64,000 nucleotides of DNA, taken from positions 39,990,001 through 40,054,000 of the forward strand of contig NC_058381.1 in NCBI RefSeq assembly GCF_018350175.1. The letters are read 5' to 3'. Shown one piece after another: positions 61,444 to 64,000 of this stretch (position 1 is the stretch's first letter; every line of letters starts with the position of its first letter). The translations under genes and the position numbers were made by a program. The stretch is from Felis catus. Taxonomy: Eukaryota. Below the pieces are notes generated by a model. It had not been told where the DNA came from. It worked only from the letters and a program-made list of their open reading frames with translations, and ran no database searches.

Positions 61444-63636
61444 TGTGGGTCCCGCTGCTGCCAGCCAGGTTGCTGAACCCCCGTGTACTGCACGAGAACC
61501 TGCTACCACCCCACCTGCTGCGGCCTGCCTGGGTGCCTAGCCCAGGGCTCTGGATCCTGCTGCCAGCCTTCCTGCTGCTGATTGCCTCGCCAAGAACCAC
61601 CATCTGACTTGCCACTTGGGAATTGGTCACCGCCAAGCGTTGCGGAAAGCCAGCCCGCAATCCCCAACATCTCGGTTAGTCGCCTGCCTGTCTACCATCT
61701 TGTGAACCGGCCCGATGAAGTTGTGGACCGCTTCTCCCTGATTCGCTTCTTCTTTCCTTCCTCTGCGTCATGTGCCAGCTTCACCCATCCTGATACAGAG
61801 TGAGGATCTCTGTTTGGTCTCCATAGTCAAGAACTTTATCCTGTCCCTCTAAATACGTCAGCGAAACAACTCCTCAGGAATGACCTATAACTCGTGGAAA
61901 CTGCTGAAAGCCCACACGGGTATGTTTCCTTTCTCGGTGTACTCATGAAGCTTGTACGCCTCTTGCTGCCTGTCATGTTCCCTTTCAATGTCTCCCTAGA
62001 CGCGGGGAGTCTCACCTGCATCTCTTAATAAATCCTAATCATTTGGAATCCCGTACTGTCTATGTGTTTTTGTACCCTGTTTCCAATGCGAGGTTTTGTA
62101 CGTACATTTTACATCACATGCAGTGTCCGTGTGGAGCCATGCACGGTCCTCCACAAGTCATTATGCGCATTTTCAGCTGAGGAGATTTCACGGTGGAATG
62201 TCCCACAGCTGGCATGGACACACTCGGATCCAAGACTGTGGTTCGGGCGCTTGCTGAAGCGCACTTACGTTCAGATCTCCAGACGTGGTAGCAGACACCC
62301 TTAGTCTCAGCACCAGCAACGTGTCCATCCGAGGCCTGCTTTGACCGCACAAGTGTTACTCTCCTGTCCAGGCGGGCCATCACTGGCACTACGTTGTAGA
62401 CATCAGTGTCCTACAACTCAGCCACAGCAGCCATATGTGAGGACGGCGGGACCTGCCCTTTAGAGCCCTGGGGAACACGGGATGCTCCTGTTGCCTTGGG
62501 TGGCATCCGGCCCCTCAGCACTCTTCTGCCTCACATACAGGTGAGCCTGCGGTGTCCTCGTGAGCCACAGAGGCAGCTGAACACGCTTGTGTTTGGGTCG
62601 TGCATATCACATTCTTGTTTGGCCTCCTCGTCCCCAGGACCTAATGGTATAGTAAAATGGCATCATGTGATTTTCTGCCAAACCTATGCATCTCCCCTCC
62701 CGTAAGGCAGTTTGTCATGGTGATCAAAATGTTGCCCAGAGAGTTGATGAAGCATGGTGTCAGGGCCAGAGAGATCGTGCAATGGGCACGTAGGACTTTG
62801 AGTACTCCATGAGCTCTGAACCATCTAAGGAAACAGAATAAGCTCTGGTATATTGTGGAGGAAGTGTGAGCAACCGAGGGGGGAAAAAACGATGCCTGCT
62901 CCGTGGGGGTGAGGAGAATGTGAGGAAGCAAAAAGAGACAACAACGTGTGCATTCCTAGGAGTCGAGGACGAAGGCTGGTGCTCCTGGTCCAGAGCCACT
63001 GGTGCCGCGTCAGCACTCAGGGCTGTGAGGCCGATTCAGGCTCTGAGAGGAATAGGAGACAGGGCCCCGGGTCCCTTCCTGGGAGCAGTGGAGGGACCTC
63101 TGATGAGCTTCGAAGGCCCCTATGCAGGACACATGCCACCATTGGAGACTAGGTACCCAGGATGCTCTGGAGAGACTGCCAAGGCCAAACGTGCCTACCG
63201 CTGCTGGTTCTCAAGAGCGCCGTGTTGGCAAACTGAGATGAAAACCTGACGCGACCCATGTTTCCGAATATTTGCTGGATGTTGACTAAATCCTTCATGA
63301 GCATTCCCTTCAATTCTTGGAGGGATTTGCAAAGTAGGTATTAAGGTTCCCATTGTAGAGGTGAGGAAATTGAGACTGAGTGGGGTAAAGGAATGTCAGA
63401 GTTTGGTTTTCCAGAAGCTCCTCTTAAGTAAAGAGTCCAGGAATGTGGATTCTTTGGGGAGGTCATATCACACTGGTCCGAGTGTGGGGAAGTGTCACAG
63501 GGAAGAAACACTTTGAGGCCAGCCTCACAGTTTGCAACCAAAGCTTTAACCTGGAAGGTATCTCAGAAACGGTACAACTCCAAACACGCACACGCGCGCG
63601 CGCACGCGATCGCGCACACACACGCAGACGCGCGCG

Positions 63637-63673
<37 letters not shown>

Positions 63674-64000
63674 TGAGATTCTCTTATTTCAGCCATGAGG
63701 GAGCTGGAGTCTTTATAAACCCACTCTCCAGAAGCAAGGGTTGAGTGTGTTTTCTCCGTGTGGCATGCTCAGGCAGCCTGACATTCTGCTGCGCGTGAAA
63801 AGGGCACTTAGGCATTGAGGTGCAGAGCTGGTAGGCAGAAGTTGTCCCAAACACACCAGTACCCAAGAGATAGGGTTGGTGGCTTCAGACGTCTTTGGCA
63901 GACTATGGTTGTCACCATTCATTCCACTATGTTCTGAATTAGCCGGGCGGATGGAGAAAATCATTGGAAGAAACAGAAGAAGATGGTGGAATATGAATGG

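Larger units (their letters stand above)
20398..64000 (+). repeat. Tandem array of ~4-kb KRTAP9 gene units: one decayed unit, 3 A-type, 7 B-type, continuing past the window end
   Basis: ATGs at 23996, 27977, 31950, 36010, 40170, 44329, 48485, 52645, 56803 and 60961 give periods of 3981, 3973, 4060, 4160, 4159, 4156, 4160, 4158 and 4158 bp. The ORF track repeats with the same period. Confidence 0.97.

Noticed and set aside
23996-64000. CRISPR-like or prophage/transposon interpretation of the periodic structure
   Set aside because: Mammalian DNA; the 4-kb units have no unique spacers, terminal repeats, TSDs or transposase/RT ORFs. They are tandem gene duplications.
36010-64000. The whole B block as a pure assembly artefact
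   Set aside because: Not excluded, but unit-specific (CA)n lengths, the interleaved C/G variant and a private SNV argue against simple copying of one contig. Read depth and long reads would settle it.

Overview
This is mammalian genomic DNA from a carnivore, most likely a felid (CAN-SINEs throughout, plus one young SINEC_Fc-type copy). It spans the KRTAP4/KRTAP9 boundary of a hair keratin-associated protein cluster. The left ~20 kb is AT-rich and dense in repeats. It holds two open KRTAP4-like single-exon genes and two KRTAP4 pseudogenes on the minus strand, ten CAN-SINEs, L1/L2/L3 fragments and a probable LTR. From ~20.4 kb to the window end lies a head-to-tail array of ~4-kb units on the plus strand. 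The array starts with a decayed KRTAP9 pseudogene unit, followed by three 'A-type' KRTAP9-like genes (172 codons, partly N-masked) and seven almost identical 'B-type' copies with a 4156-4160 bp period. Every B copy has an extra 132-bp internal repeat and two in-frame TGA stops at Cys codons that remove the 46-aa KRTAP9 C-terminal domain. The array also shows signs of concerted evolution: a sharp ~370-bp conversion tract, a mosaic third unit, strong CpG enrichment and an expanded Z-DNA-type tract. All alignments and counts were done by eye; repeat-family names are from memory of consensus sequences, not database searches.
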